The notes under the pieces were generated by a model. That model was not told the origin of the DNA and did not search any database. It worked only from the letters and a program-made list of their open reading frames with translations. From assembly GCF_964194025.1 (NCBI RefSeq), contig NC_134477.1, positions 50,344,001 to 50,408,000 on the forward strand: a stretch of DNA of 64,000 nucleotides, given 5' to 3'. Of this stretch, positions 51,992 to 64,000 are shown piece after piece. The DNA is from Convolutriloba macropyga. Taxonomy: Eukaryota. Each line of letters begins with the position of its first letter. The stretch's first letter is position 1. The translations under genes were made by a program, and so were the position numbers.

Positions 51992-52257
51992 GAACAACTG
52001 GCAACGGTCGCACAAATTGCTCGCGAACCCCAGGCGAGGGGTTGGCTTTGATTGTAGCAGCTAGCGTATGAATAGGGTGGCCTTAGTTCGTTAAAGCGTA
52101 CACTCGGACTTTACCAGTTCATCCTATTCGTTTTTACAAAAACTCTTTTGAGGAAATTGATCAAGAAATCGCCGGAAAAAATCGGTCCAGCAACAATTTT
52201 GCATATAAAAGATACACATGAGAGCAGTAATGCTTCAAACTTCGTTCGCGAGCAATT
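51992..52257 (-). mobile_element. HINE-like family A variant, short complete copy
   Basis: Perfect 14-bp IR aattgctcgcgaac (52015-52028) / gttcgcgagcaatt (52244-52257). Confidence 0.7.
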
Positions 52258-52551
52258 AAAATATACGATCTCTTGACCCCATCGTTTTTGAGCGAACTCA
52301 TGATCATGAAAATTGCACAGAAAACCGATTCGAAGTTGTCAGCGTGGTTTACTCTAAATAGTCAACACTAAAGCTGAATATGAATGATTGATCGCTGTAA
52401 AAGTTTGAGGTGTCAAAGTAGATATTTTATTCCCCGAGTTATGAAGATAGAACTCAAAACTAACAATTTACAAACTAAACAGCAGCTATAAATCAAAATA
52501 AAGTATTTTCCACAAAATATGATAAACATCTATCTGAACAAACTTGATAAT

Positions 52552-53112
52552 TTACAATTTAACAATTTTTGACTCATTCAAAATTCTGCGATAGGTTTCT
52601 TTTATCTGTTCCGGTTTCGAAGACGTAGACATCAGAATGGAAAACACGTCATTTGAACCAACACTTCCTAAATTATCGGCCACAAATCGCTCGATGTCAA
52701 ACAACAACAAGCAAATTTCGTTGAAGCGCTCCTCAGGCGGGGTGACTTTCAAAATCACTTCCGGGCATATCAATTTCTCGCGGGTTACAAAATCATCAAA
52801 ATTTTCAAATTGCGGGAATTTAATCGGAGAGTTTGCGGTTTGTAGAGTCACGATTGGTCCGCCAGTCGACTCTAATGCAAGGTTAGAATTCATCTGGACT
52901 TGGTTTAGCTTTGAATTATCGGGCAGTGTAGTACATTGAGACGATGATATACTTTGGTTTGAATGAGAAGCACCCTGATTTCGGTTGTAAAAATGGAAAG
53001 CATTATGGGAGTTGTCAGCAGTGAGCGTTGAATAAAAAGCATCTTGACCGGATATGGATATGTCTTTCGTTGAATTCCTGATGTACGAACTCTCGCTACT
53101 CAGATATGGACT
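52552..53112 (-). CDS. Terminal coding exon of an unrecognised protein (186 aa plus stop)
   Basis: Acceptor ttatatttcag (AG at 53114-53113) is followed by a 561-nt stop-free frame (SPYLSSESS...ESKIVKL*) that extends the listed ORF 52552..52893. Upstream exons were not found. Confidence 0.65.
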   Translation of the reverse strand, partial: SPYLSSESSYIRNSTKDISISGQDAFYSTLTADNSHNAFHFYNRNQGASHSNQSISSSQCTTLPDNSKLNQVQMNSNLALESTGGPIVTLQTANSPIKFPQFENFDDFVTREKLICPEVILKVTPPEERFNEICLLLFDIERFVADNLGSVGSNDVFSILMSTSSKPEQIKETYRRILNESKIVKL

Positions 53113-53390
53113 CTGAAATATAATTCAAAATTTCACATTTGCAATGCTTGAAAGCCACCACTTTGAAACAAAATTTGTTGAAAGCAAAATTCGGAAGTTG
53201 TTACTACGAGAAACAAAGAATTATTGAAAGCAGCCACCTAGTAACAAAACTTGAATTGGAAAATGTGAACTTTACGGGTTAATTAACTTCCAACTAAACA
53301 ATCCTATCGATCTTTACCTGTTAAGTTGAAACATAGAACTTATAACTATTACTATAAAAAAATAACCCACAAGGGTCAGCAGAATTCACT

Positions 53391-56300
53391 TTGTTGTTAT
53401 AAAATTATTAAACAGGTACAGATTTTGCCCTGATTCTGTAACAATCTTTGTCCATGGGCCATCTTCGGACATAATTAATTCAGGCAATTAAATAGTAGCT
53501 ATTTAGATGCTTCACATGAAGGCTTTTAGTGGATAGTATACTGATTAATAATAACCTTGATTAAAGCAGTTTCAGATGCGCACTAGCCACTTTATGGCTA
53601 CTACTTTACCAAGTAATAATTGTGTTTAAATTCGATAACTTGGAAGAGAAACACGGTTTCGATAAAAGTTGATAATTATTAGCGATAAGGTTAAATTCAG
53701 GTAAAATAGATACAATCAAACCAAATTTGGATATTTTTGAGCCAGTGCTTATTCAGCGGAATCTCAGGTCAATTCTCCTGGGTTCCGGTATTGAGCTGTA
53801 TTTGCAAATCTGTACCTCTGGTTGTATTTGTCCTTCTTAAGGCTTTGATGAGCTCTCTTTGAGGGCATATACAAACTCCAGAATAGTGGATTCACCAAGT
53901 ACTTCCAACCGTTTCAGTATTTACCATTATACAAGTTCATCATCAACAGAAACTTAGGGGAGATATTCAATCGGCTTAGGAAAAAAGGTTTATACGAACA
54001 TGACAACAACGTGTCATCAAGTTGTTTTGGAGAAACAAACAAACCAGAGGTTATGGTACTAGACGAAACACAGATCCAAATAAAGCTTTATAAAGTAATT
54101 TTTACTATTTGAGGGAATGAACTTGTTGTTATAAGATTATTAAACAGTGTCAGGTTTTGCCCTGATTCTGTAACAATCTTTGTCCTTGGGCCACCTGCGG
54201 ACATAGTTGATTAGGGCAGTTAAAAATTAGCCATTTAGATGTTTCACAGGAAGGCTTTTAGTGGATAGTATACTGATTAATAATAGCCTTGATTAAAGCG
54301 GTTTCGGATGCGCAATAGCCACTTTATGGCCACTACTTTACCAATTAATAATTGTGTCTTAATTTGATAACTTGGAAGAGAAACAAGGCTTTGATAAAAG
54401 TTGATAATTATTAGCGATAAGGTGACATGCAGGTAAAATAGATAATCAACTCAAATTTGGATACTTTCGAGCCAGTGCTATTTCAGCGGAATCTCAGGTC
54501 AATTCTCCTGGGTTCCGGTATTGAGCTGTATTTGCAAATCTGTACCTTTGGTTGTATTTGTCCTTCTTAAGGCTTAGATGCGCTCTGAGGGAATATACAA
54601 ACGCCAGTATAATTTCTTCACCAAGTACTTCCAACCGTCTCAGTATTTACCATTATACAAGTTCATCATCCACAGAAACTTAAGGGAGATATACAATCGG
54701 CTTAGGAGAAAAGGTTTAAACGAGCATGACAACAACGTGTCATCAAGTTGTTTTAGAGAAACAAACAAACCAGAGGTTATGGTACTAGACGAAACTCAGA
54801 TCCAAATAAACCTTTATAAATTAATTTTTACTATTTGAGGGAATGAAAATGTTGTTATAAGATTATTAAACAGTGTCCAATTTTGCCCTGATTCTGCAAC
54901 AATCTTTGTCCTTGGGCCACCTTCAGACATAGTTAATTAAGGCAGTTAAAAATTAACTGTTTAGATGTTTCACAGGAAGGCTTTCAGTGGATAGTATACT
55001 GATTAATAATAGCCTTGATTAAAGCGGTTTCGGATGCGCAATAGCCACTTTATGGCTACTACTTTACCAATTAATAAATGTGTTTTAATTTGATAACTTG
55101 AAAGAGAAACACGGCTTTGATAAAAAATGATAATTATTAGCGATAAGGTTACATGCAGGTAAAATAGATAACCAACTCAAATTTGGATACTTTCGAGCCA
55201 GTGCTATTTCAACGGAACCTCAGGTCAATTCTCCTGGGTTCCGGTATTGAGCTGTATTTGCAAATCTGTACCTCTGGTTGTATTTGTCCTTCTTAAGGCT
55301 TTGATGAGCTCTCTTTGAGGGCATATACAAACTCCAGTCTAGTTGCTTCACCAAGTACTTCAACCGTTTCAGTATTTACCATTATACAAGTTCATCATCC
55401 ACAGAAACTTAGGGGAGATATTCAATCGGCTTAGGAAAAAAGGTTTATACGAACATGACAACAACGTGTCATCAAGTTGTTTTGGAGAAACAAACAAACC
55501 AGAGGTTATGGTACTAGACGAAACTCAGATCCAAATAAACCTTTATAAATTAATTTTTACTATTTGAGGGAATGAAAATGTTGTTATAAGATTATTAAAC
55601 AGTGTCCAATTTTGCCCTGATTCTGCAACAATCTTTGTCCTTGGGCCACCTTCAGACATAGTTAATTAAGGCAGTTAAAAATTAACTGTTTAGATGTTTC
55701 ACAGGAAGGCTTTCAGTGGATAGTATACTGATTAATAATAGCCTTGATTAAAGCGGTTTCGGATGCGCAATAGCCACTTTATGGCTACTACTTTACCAAT
55801 TAATAAATGTGTTTTAATTTGATAACTTGAAAGAGAAACACGGCTTTGATAAAAAATGATAATTATTAGCGATAAGGTTACATGCAGGTAAAATAGATAA
55901 CCAACTCAAATTTGGATACTTTCGAGCCAGTGCTATTTCAACGGAACCTCAGGTCAATTCTCCTGGGTTCCGGTATTGAGCTGTATTTGCAAATCTGTAC
56001 CTCTGGTTGTATTTGTCCTTCTTAAGGCTTTGATGAGCTCTCTTTGAGGGCATATACAAACTCCAGTCTAGTTGCTTCACCAAGTACTTCAACCGTTTCA
56101 GTATTTACCATTATACAAGTTCATCATCCACAGAAACTTAGGGGAGATATTCAATCGGCTTAGGAAAAAAGGTTTATACGAACATGACAACAACGTGTCA
56201 TCAAGTTGTTTTGGAGAAACAAACAAACCAGAGGTTATGGTACTAGACGAAACTCAGATCCAAATAAACCTTTATAAATTAATTTTTACTATTTGAGGGA

Positions 56301-59205
56301 ATGAAAATGTTGTTATAAGAATATTAAACAGTGTCCGGTTTCGCCCTGATTCTGCAACAATCTTTGTCCTTCGGCCACCTTCGGACATAGTTAATTAAGG
56401 CAGTTAAAAATTAACTATTTAGATGTTTCACAGGAAGGCTTTCAGTGGATAGTATACTGATTAATAATAGCCTTGATTAAAGCGGTTTCGGATGCGCAAT
56501 AGCCACTTTATGGCTACTACTTTACCAATTAATAATTGTGTTTTAATTTGATATCTTGGAAGAGAAACACGGCTTTGATAAAAGTTGATAATTATTAGCG
56601 ATAAGGTTACATGCAGGTAAAAAAGATAACCAACTCAAATTTGGATACTTTCGAGCCAGTGCTATTTCAGCGGAACCTCAGGTCAATTCTCCTGGGTTCC
56701 GGTATTGAGCTGTATTTGCAAATCTGTACCTCTGGTTGTATTTGTCCTTCTTAAGGCTTTGATGAGCTCTCTTTGAGGGCATATACAAACTCCAGTCTAG
56801 TTGCTTCACCAAGTACTTCAACCGTTTCAGTATTTACCATTATACAAGTTCATCATCCACAGAAACTTAGGGGAGATATTCAATCGGCTTAGGAAAAAAG
56901 GTTTATACGAGCATGACAACAACGTGTCATCAAGTTGTTTGAGAGAAACAAACAAACCAGAGGTTATGGTACTAGACGAAACTCAGATCCAAATAAACCT
57001 TTATAAATTAATTTTTACTATTTGAGGGAATGAAAATGTTGTTATAAGAATATTAAACAGTGTCCGGTTTCGCCCTGATTCTGCAACAATCTTTGTCCTT
57101 CGGCCACCTTCGGACATAGTTAATTAAGGCAGTTAAAAATTAACTATTTAGATGTTTCACAGGAAGGCTTTCAGTGGATAGTATACTGATTAATAATAGC
57201 CTTGATTAAAGCGGTTTCGGATGCGCAATAGCCACTTTATGGCTACTACTTTACCAATTAATAATTGTGTTTTAATTTGATATCTTGGAAGAGAAACACG
57301 GCTTTGATAAAAGTTGATAATTATTAGCGATAAGGTTACATGCAGGCAAAAAAGATAACCAACTCAAATTTGGATACTTTCGAGCCAGTGCTATTTCAGC
57401 GGAACCTCAGGTCAATTCTGGGTTCCGGTATTGAGCTGTATTTGCAAATCTGTACCTCTGGTTGTATTTGTCCTTCTTAAGGCTTTGATGAGCTCTCTTT
57501 GAGGGCATATACAAACTCCAGTATAGTTGCTTCACCAAGTACTTCCAACCGTTTCAGAATTTACCATTATACAAATTCATCATCCACAGAAACTTAAGGG
57601 AGATATTCAATCGGCTTAGGAAGAAAGGTTTCTACGAGCATGACAACAACGTGTCATCAAGTTGTTTTGGAGAAACAAACAAACCAGAGGTTATGGTACT
57701 AGACGAAACTCAGATCGAAATAAAGCTTTATAAATTAATTTTTACTATTTGAGGGAATGAAATTGTTGTTATAAGATTATTAAACAGCGTCAGGTTTTGC
57801 CCAGATTCGGTAACAATCTTTGTCCTTGGGCCACCTTCGGACATAGTTAATTAAGGCAGTTAAAAATAAGCTATTTAGATGTTTCACAGGAAGGCTTTTA
57901 GTGGATAGTATACTGATTATTAATAGCCTTGATTAAAGCGGTTTCGGATGCGCATTAGTCACTTTATGGCTACTACTTTACCAATTAATAATTGTGTTTT
58001 AATTTGATAACTTGGAAGAGAAACACGGCTTCGATAAAAGTTGATAATTATTAGCGATAAGGTTACATGCAAGTAAAATAGATAATCAACTCAAATTTGG
58101 ATACTTTCGAGCCAGTGCTATTTCAGCGGAACCTCAGGTCAATTCTCCTGGGTTCCGGTATTGAGCTGTATTTGCAAATCTGTACCTTTTTTTTGTATTT
58201 GTCCTTCTTAAGGCTTAGATGCGCTCTGCGGGCATATACAAACGCCAGTATAATTTCTTCACCAAGTACTTCCAACCGTCTCAGTATTTACCATTATACA
58301 AGTTCATCATCCACAGAAACTTACGGGAGATATTCAATCGGCTGAAGAAAAAAGGTTTCTACGAGTATGACAACAACGTGTCATCAAGTTGTTTTGGAGA
58401 AACAAACAAACCAGAGGTTATGGTACTAGACGAACCTCAGATCCAAATAAAGCTTTATAAATTGAGGGAATGAAATTGTTGTTATAAAATTATTAAACAG
58501 CGTCAGGTTTTGCCCTGATTTTGTAACAATCTTTGTCCTTCGGCCACCTTCAGACAAAGTTAATTAAGGCAGTTAAAAATAAGCTATTTAGATGTTTCAC
58601 AGGAAGGCTTTTATTGGATAGTATACTAATTAATAATAGCCTTGATTAAAGTGGTTTCGGATGCGCACTAGCCACTTTATGGCTACTACTCTACCAGGTA
58701 ATAATTGTATTTTAATTTGATAACTTGGAAGAGAAACACGGTTTCGATAAAAGTTGATAATTATTAGCGATAAGGTTAAATTCAGGTAAAATAGATACAA
58801 TCAAACCAAATTTGGATATTTTTGAGCCAGTGCTATTTCAGCGGAATCTCAGGTCAATTCTCCTGGGTTCCGGTATTGAGATGTATTTGCAAATTTGTAC
58901 CTCTGGTTGTATTCGTCCTTCTTAAGGAGTTGATGAGCTCTCTTTGAGCACATATACAAACGCCAGTATAATTGCTTCACCAATTAGTTTCAATCGTCTT
59001 AGTATTTACCATTATACAAGTTCATCATCCAGAGATTCAATCAGTTAGATATCCAATCAGTCTAGGAAAATACAAAAGGTTCCTAGAGTTGCTAAAGGTT
59101 ACTAGATTGTTTTGGAGAATCAAACAAATTAGAGGTTATGGTACTAGATGGAACTCAGATCCAAATAATGCTTTATTTTTTCTTAATTTTTACTATTTGA
59201 GGGAA
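53391..59205. repeat. ~729-bp tandem satellite, 8 copies
   Basis: Unit starts at about 53391, 54123, 54849, 55578, 56307, 57036, 57763 and 58475. Confidence 0.95.
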
Positions 59206-59289
59206 TATGAAGCATTGATAAGAATACATGAAGTTTGAAGGAGAGGAGCAAAATCAGCACGAGACAGATATTTAAATTTAACGAACAAT

Positions 59290-59750
59290 TGGTAGCTATA
59301 CACAGAAATGCAATTGACCCTGTAGTGCGAGAGCGTCTTTCCTAGCTAATCGACCAAAGTGAAAAGAAAGGTGTAACGAACAATCGAAACCTTGAGATCA
59401 CAGGTTAAGTCAAAGAGTTGCAAAAATATTCATCCAAGAACTGCCTCATTATAAATAATTTACAGCTGATGCAACGCAGCGACAACGTCAAAGTTGACTG
59501 ATCAATTGGTGAAGTGTCATAAAATAGGACCTATCAAGAGCTGAGATCACTTCTTGCCTTCATCATAAAAATTGTTTATTTGGACATTGAAAATCGAGCG
59601 AGAGGTCAAAAGCAATCTTAACGCGTTTTCATGAAGCCCATCAACAATAAACCTTCTTACCTTTACGAGCGATTAAAAACAGACACAAAATTATTGGATT
59701 AAACGAAGAACCTTGGACTGAAGACAACAAACCAACAACACTTTCAAAAT
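59290..59750 (+). mobile_element. Degenerate LINE ORF1-like remnant (L2/CR1 type)
   Basis: Fragments VKELQKYSSKNCLIINNL, FIIKIVYLDIENR and KPINNKPSYLYERL resemble the LEQYSR.NCL.I / IIVKF / IY.NE.L ORF1 pattern. Confidence 0.45.
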
Positions 59751-60480
59751 TATTCGCAAAAAATCCAATGCAAAGCTGTGATCGCATAGGGCATTTGACG
59801 TTGAACACGCCAAGATGTCACTTTCCGGTGACGCGATGCTGAAAGAAAAGTTTTGCAATCAGAGAACTGACGCGGCTCCGAAGTTCCATATAAAAAATGG
59901 TAGCAATAGAACTTTAACCCATCTGTCTACTTCAAATCGCAACGGACGAATCAGAGTCCAGAATCAATAAGTACCCAACTGAGGATATTCCGAAAAAATG
60001 GAATTACTGTAATTTATCACTGCTCTCAAGAAATCTTAATGACACAGCACTCTACGTTGACATTACGTTTGGTGTACTTTAAGGGTATGTCATTGTAGCA
60101 CTCCTTTTTGAATCTACGTTAATGATCTTCAGGTTAGTTTTTACCAATGTAAGTATATAATTGTAAAAGATAAATTCAATGACAACTATTACTATTATAA
60201 TTTCTCAAACGGCAGGAGAGCTCTTGGAGCTAAGGTAGCCTGGTTTGGCTGGAGTCTATTTTCGGCTAGCTTAGAGCAGCTGGTAAGAACTCAAGTTGAA
60301 CTGAGTACCATTTCTAGATTTTCTGAGCACCATTTCTAGGTTTTTATGTATGAAATTTGGCCAGATTTGAGTTGTTTTGAGCAAATAAGCACAAAAAAGA
60401 TGGTTTTTTGAAATTAAGGACATTTTTCGGGGGTGAGAGTACAGATTTCATTACAATAAACTATTCTTGAGTTTATAGAA

Positions 60481-61367
60481 AAAATATAGCCGGCAGATTG
60501 CCGGAAAATAGCCGCTGTTGACGCGCTTGATGCACATCTGGATTGAAACAAAAAACATACCCGGCAGATTGCCGGAAAATAGCCGCCGTTGATTCCCATA
60601 ACCAAGATTGGGATTGAAAAAAGAGAAAACTAGTGAAAAAAATTATTTTTGTGCCAACAATTTTACCGTGCGAACTATTTTGATGTCATTTTGGAGCTGA
60701 ACATGCTCCTGTTTCGTAATGAGACCACACAGGGGCTAGGCCAATACCAATGAAAATCATTTTGAATTGCTTTGCTGAGCAACTGCTGTCCAAAAAACAC
60801 TTTTAGCAGAATGAGAGAAGAGTAAAAACTAGCCACGAGACGTCAAAAAAGATTTCACGAAAATTTCGAAAAGGCGGCGAAATGAGGTAAAGCGAAAAAT
60901 TTTTATTCGACGAAGTAAAAAAACATAGCAGGACAAGTCCTGACGTACAATTCAAAGATTTTTTATTGACTAAACAGAAAACCAGACCTAGAACGGACTA
61001 TGAATGAATTGGGAAAACCATTTAGAAAAAATTCTGATCCAAAAAATCGAAAAAACAGTAAAAATCAAAGTGCAATTGCCGCATATGCACAAAAAAACCA
61101 CTAGCGAGAAAGCGAATTTTTGTTCAAACACCGTTTTTGCAATCTACTTTAAAATTTGATCGAAAAAATTTCACGCAACAAAACACTCGCTTTTTCGCTC
61201 CACTTCCTGTTTCGGCGTGACTAAAATCACTACTCCAATTTGACTTCAAAAATCATGTAAATGTGTAAACAGATCTTTAAAAAAGACAGCGCCCAATACA
61301 ATTCAAATTTTTTGAATTGTAAAAAAAGGAGCGCTATAATAGCCGGCTGAGAAGCTGAGCAGCTATT
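60481..61367 (-). mobile_element. HINE-like family B copy with duplicated hairpin end
   Basis: Hairpin ccggca-gat-tgccgg plus aatagccgc occurs twice (60490 and 60561). The right end is taatagccgg...gcagctatt. Confidence 0.7.
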
Positions 61368-62109
61368 AAAAAAGAAGATAAATTGAGAGAATTTTTAAAA
61401 AAGTCTTAAAGAGTGTTCTAATTTGGCGTGCAGATTCAGTTGGATTCTAAAACTACATTAAACTCAGCTTCTAAACTGAAAGCTCATAAGCTTAATACCA
61501 ATGTCAGCTAGCAAACACTCTAACGAACTTTGATAACCTAATTATCAATGACCTAATGCCCAGGCTTTATCGGTTTATCCCGTCTCTTTTGACTTTGACA
61601 GTTATCAAAACATTGCGTAATTAAATGCTTGACAGAATATAAAATCCATTCAGTTGAAACAGTGAGTGAGGTAAGTCAGAAGTCAAACGTGAAAATCGTG
61701 ACTTACGTAAAACAAAAAACGTGATCAAAACGTAAAGCAATTAAAAAACAAAGCCGAAAGAACTCCGGAAACGTTTCGAAGAATCGTCTTTGTGAACGAA
61801 TTACCCTTTAATTCAACTGCTTAATAATAAAGTGAATACTAAAATAAAAAAAAACAATCAGCCAAAAAAATGAAGATTATGGAACTAAAAAATTAAATTA
61901 TACCTGTCTAAAAAACAAGGCAAATGTGTTGTACGCAATTGAAAACCGATTGAAAAACAAAGTAGGGGAGCAGCAAAAATGAAAACCTGCCAGGCTCCCA
62001 AAACTCTATAGTGGAAGTAAAATTTGAATATTTCAAGAAATGGACAAAATTTTAACAAAAAAAACCATTTCCGTAAGTTCTCTCGATCGCAACAAAATTT
62101 TACTATAAA

Positions 62110-63726
62110 AACAGCAATTAATTGGTAACTAATTGAACTTTGTCGCTTCAACTATAAACATTTGTTGTCGCTTTTAATCACAATAGACGCAATGAAACGA
62201 AACAATGACCAAAAAAGTCAAAACGATAATAATGAAAAAGACTAGAGAGACAGAACAATATTCAAGCACAAACGTTCGTATGTTACGAGAACCAAGCCCT
62301 AAGAAATTTTACAGAAAAGAGTGTCCTTTAAAATTAGTAAAAAATATAGCTAGCTCAACCTCAGTGCCAAATTATAACAAATAAAATCAATTGCAAACAA
62401 AAAAAACAAGTTGAAGGAAAAAGACAAAAATTATCATTTCAAATCGATATCAATTTAACAAAAGCAGGGCGAATTAAAACTATAAGTCTCAAAAAAATGT
62501 TAGAAAGAAACACGCTAGAATGTGGAGAATACATACATTGTGGAAAATAGAAACTAAATCGCAATTTCTGAAAAATTCAAAACCTAAATTGAAGTTGCAA
62601 ACTCTAAAAGTCAAAATGAAAGCTGGAAGTAAAAACATGGATTTTGTGTAATTAAGCAATCAAGGCTGAAGAACATTATATAGCTAGTCTCAGTAAAAAA
62701 AAACAGCTCAATTAGCGCCAAAAATGAAGAAAATAAAGAAAGAAAGCCAAAAAGGTGACAAAATGAGAAATATGGGCCAATTTTGCACTTGAAACGCATT
62801 ATTAAGCGCTCAGAAACATTGTGTTATCAATTTCAGATGGTTGCATATTCAGGCCGCATCTGTCAACATTTACTTCTAAAAAACAAAGTTATAAGAAAAA
62901 AATTGGGCCAATTGGCCAACAGCAATTAATTGGTAACTAATTAAACTTTGTCGCTTCAACTATAAACATTTGTTGTCGCTTTTAATCACAATAGACGCAA
63001 TAAAGCGAAACAATGACCAAAAAAGTCAAAACGATAATAATGAAAAAGACTAGAGAGACAGAACAATATTCAAACACAAACGTTCGTATGTTACGAGAAC
63101 CAAGCCCTAAGAACTTTTACAGAAAAGAGTGTCCTTTAAAATTAGTAAAAAAATTTAAGCTAGCTCAACCTCAGTGCCAAATTATAACAAATAAAATCAA
63201 TTGCAAACAAAAAAACAAGTTGAAGGAAAAAGACAAAAATTATCATTTCAAATCGATATCAATTTAACAAAAGCAGGGCGAATTAAAACTATAAGTCTCA
63301 AAAAAAATGTTAGAAAGAAACATGCTAGAATGTGGAGAATACATACATTGTGGAAAATAGAAACTAAATCGCAATTTCTGAAAAATTCAAAACCTAAATT
63401 GAAGTTGCAAACTCTAAAAGTCAAAATGAAAGCTGGAAGTAAAAACATGGATTTTGTGTAATTAAGCAATCAAGGCTGAAGAACATTATATAGCTAGTCT
63501 CAGTAAAAAATAAAAACAGCTCAATTACGAGCCAAATTGAAAAAATTAAAGAAAGCCAAAAAAGTGACAAAATGAGAAATATGGGCCAATTTTGCACTTG
63601 AAACGCATTATTAAGCGCTCAGAAACATTGTGTTATCAATTTCAGATGGTTGCATATTCAGGCCGCATCTGTCAACATTTACTTCTAAAAAACAAAATTA
63701 TAATAAAAAAAATTGGGCCAATTGGA
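62110..63726. repeat. Tandem duplication, ~808 bp x2
   Basis: aacagcaattaattggtaacta at ~62110 and ~62918; the copies are nearly identical. Confidence 0.92.
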
Positions 63727-64000
63727 CGAAAACATGGCTAAAAACTGTCATCTATATGCCCCAATCTCTCAAAGACTGCTTTCAAAGTCAAAAAGTTATT
63801 CACTGAACGCAACGCATGAACAAAAAACTTCTCTCGCTCAGAAAAATTTAGTTCACATGGCAATTTTACTAACTTTCACTATTAGGTCAAATTGCCGCCT
63901 GAACAAATAGTACTTCCGGTAAAAAAAACCTTCTGAAAACCATACTCCTCTTCGAGTCGTAAAAAAAGGAGCGCGCCTAAATAATAGCCGTTGAGAGGCC

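Noticed and set aside
54578-59238. Repeated 74-88 aa ORFs, and a possible repeated 50-nt minus-strand exon, in the 729-bp satellite
   Set aside because: Frames differ between copies through 1-bp indels, no recognisable domain, and weak splice signals.

Overview
AT-rich animal (intron-containing) genomic DNA; I cannot assign the species from sequence alone. Five protein-coding genes lie on the minus strand. From left to right they are TVP23 (runs off the left edge), an alpha-tubulin, mitoribosomal MRPL54, mitoribosomal MRPS31, and the terminal exon of an unrecognised gene. A tRNA-Arg(TCG) sits antisense in TVP23 intron 1. The rest is largely repetitive: a young but defective Bel/Pao LTR retrotransposon (16303-25756), a 5'-truncated CRE-type (RLE) LINE, a dead APE-type LINE with a 2A-like motif inside MRPS31 intron 1, CR1/L2-like remnants, at least two families of Helentron-like non-autonomous elements (HINE/DINE-1 architecture, all copies I found in one orientation), a nested TIR element, a 1.8-kb array of palindromic units, and 174-bp, 729-bp and 808-bp tandem repeats. 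The best leads are an apparent non-canonical GG-AG intron in MRPL54, splice acceptors just upstream of three start codons (possible SL trans-splicing or a TE-inflated operon), the 2A-like peptide in the LINE, and co-varying subterminal repeats plus strand bias in the HINE families. All calls were made by eye; no searches were run.
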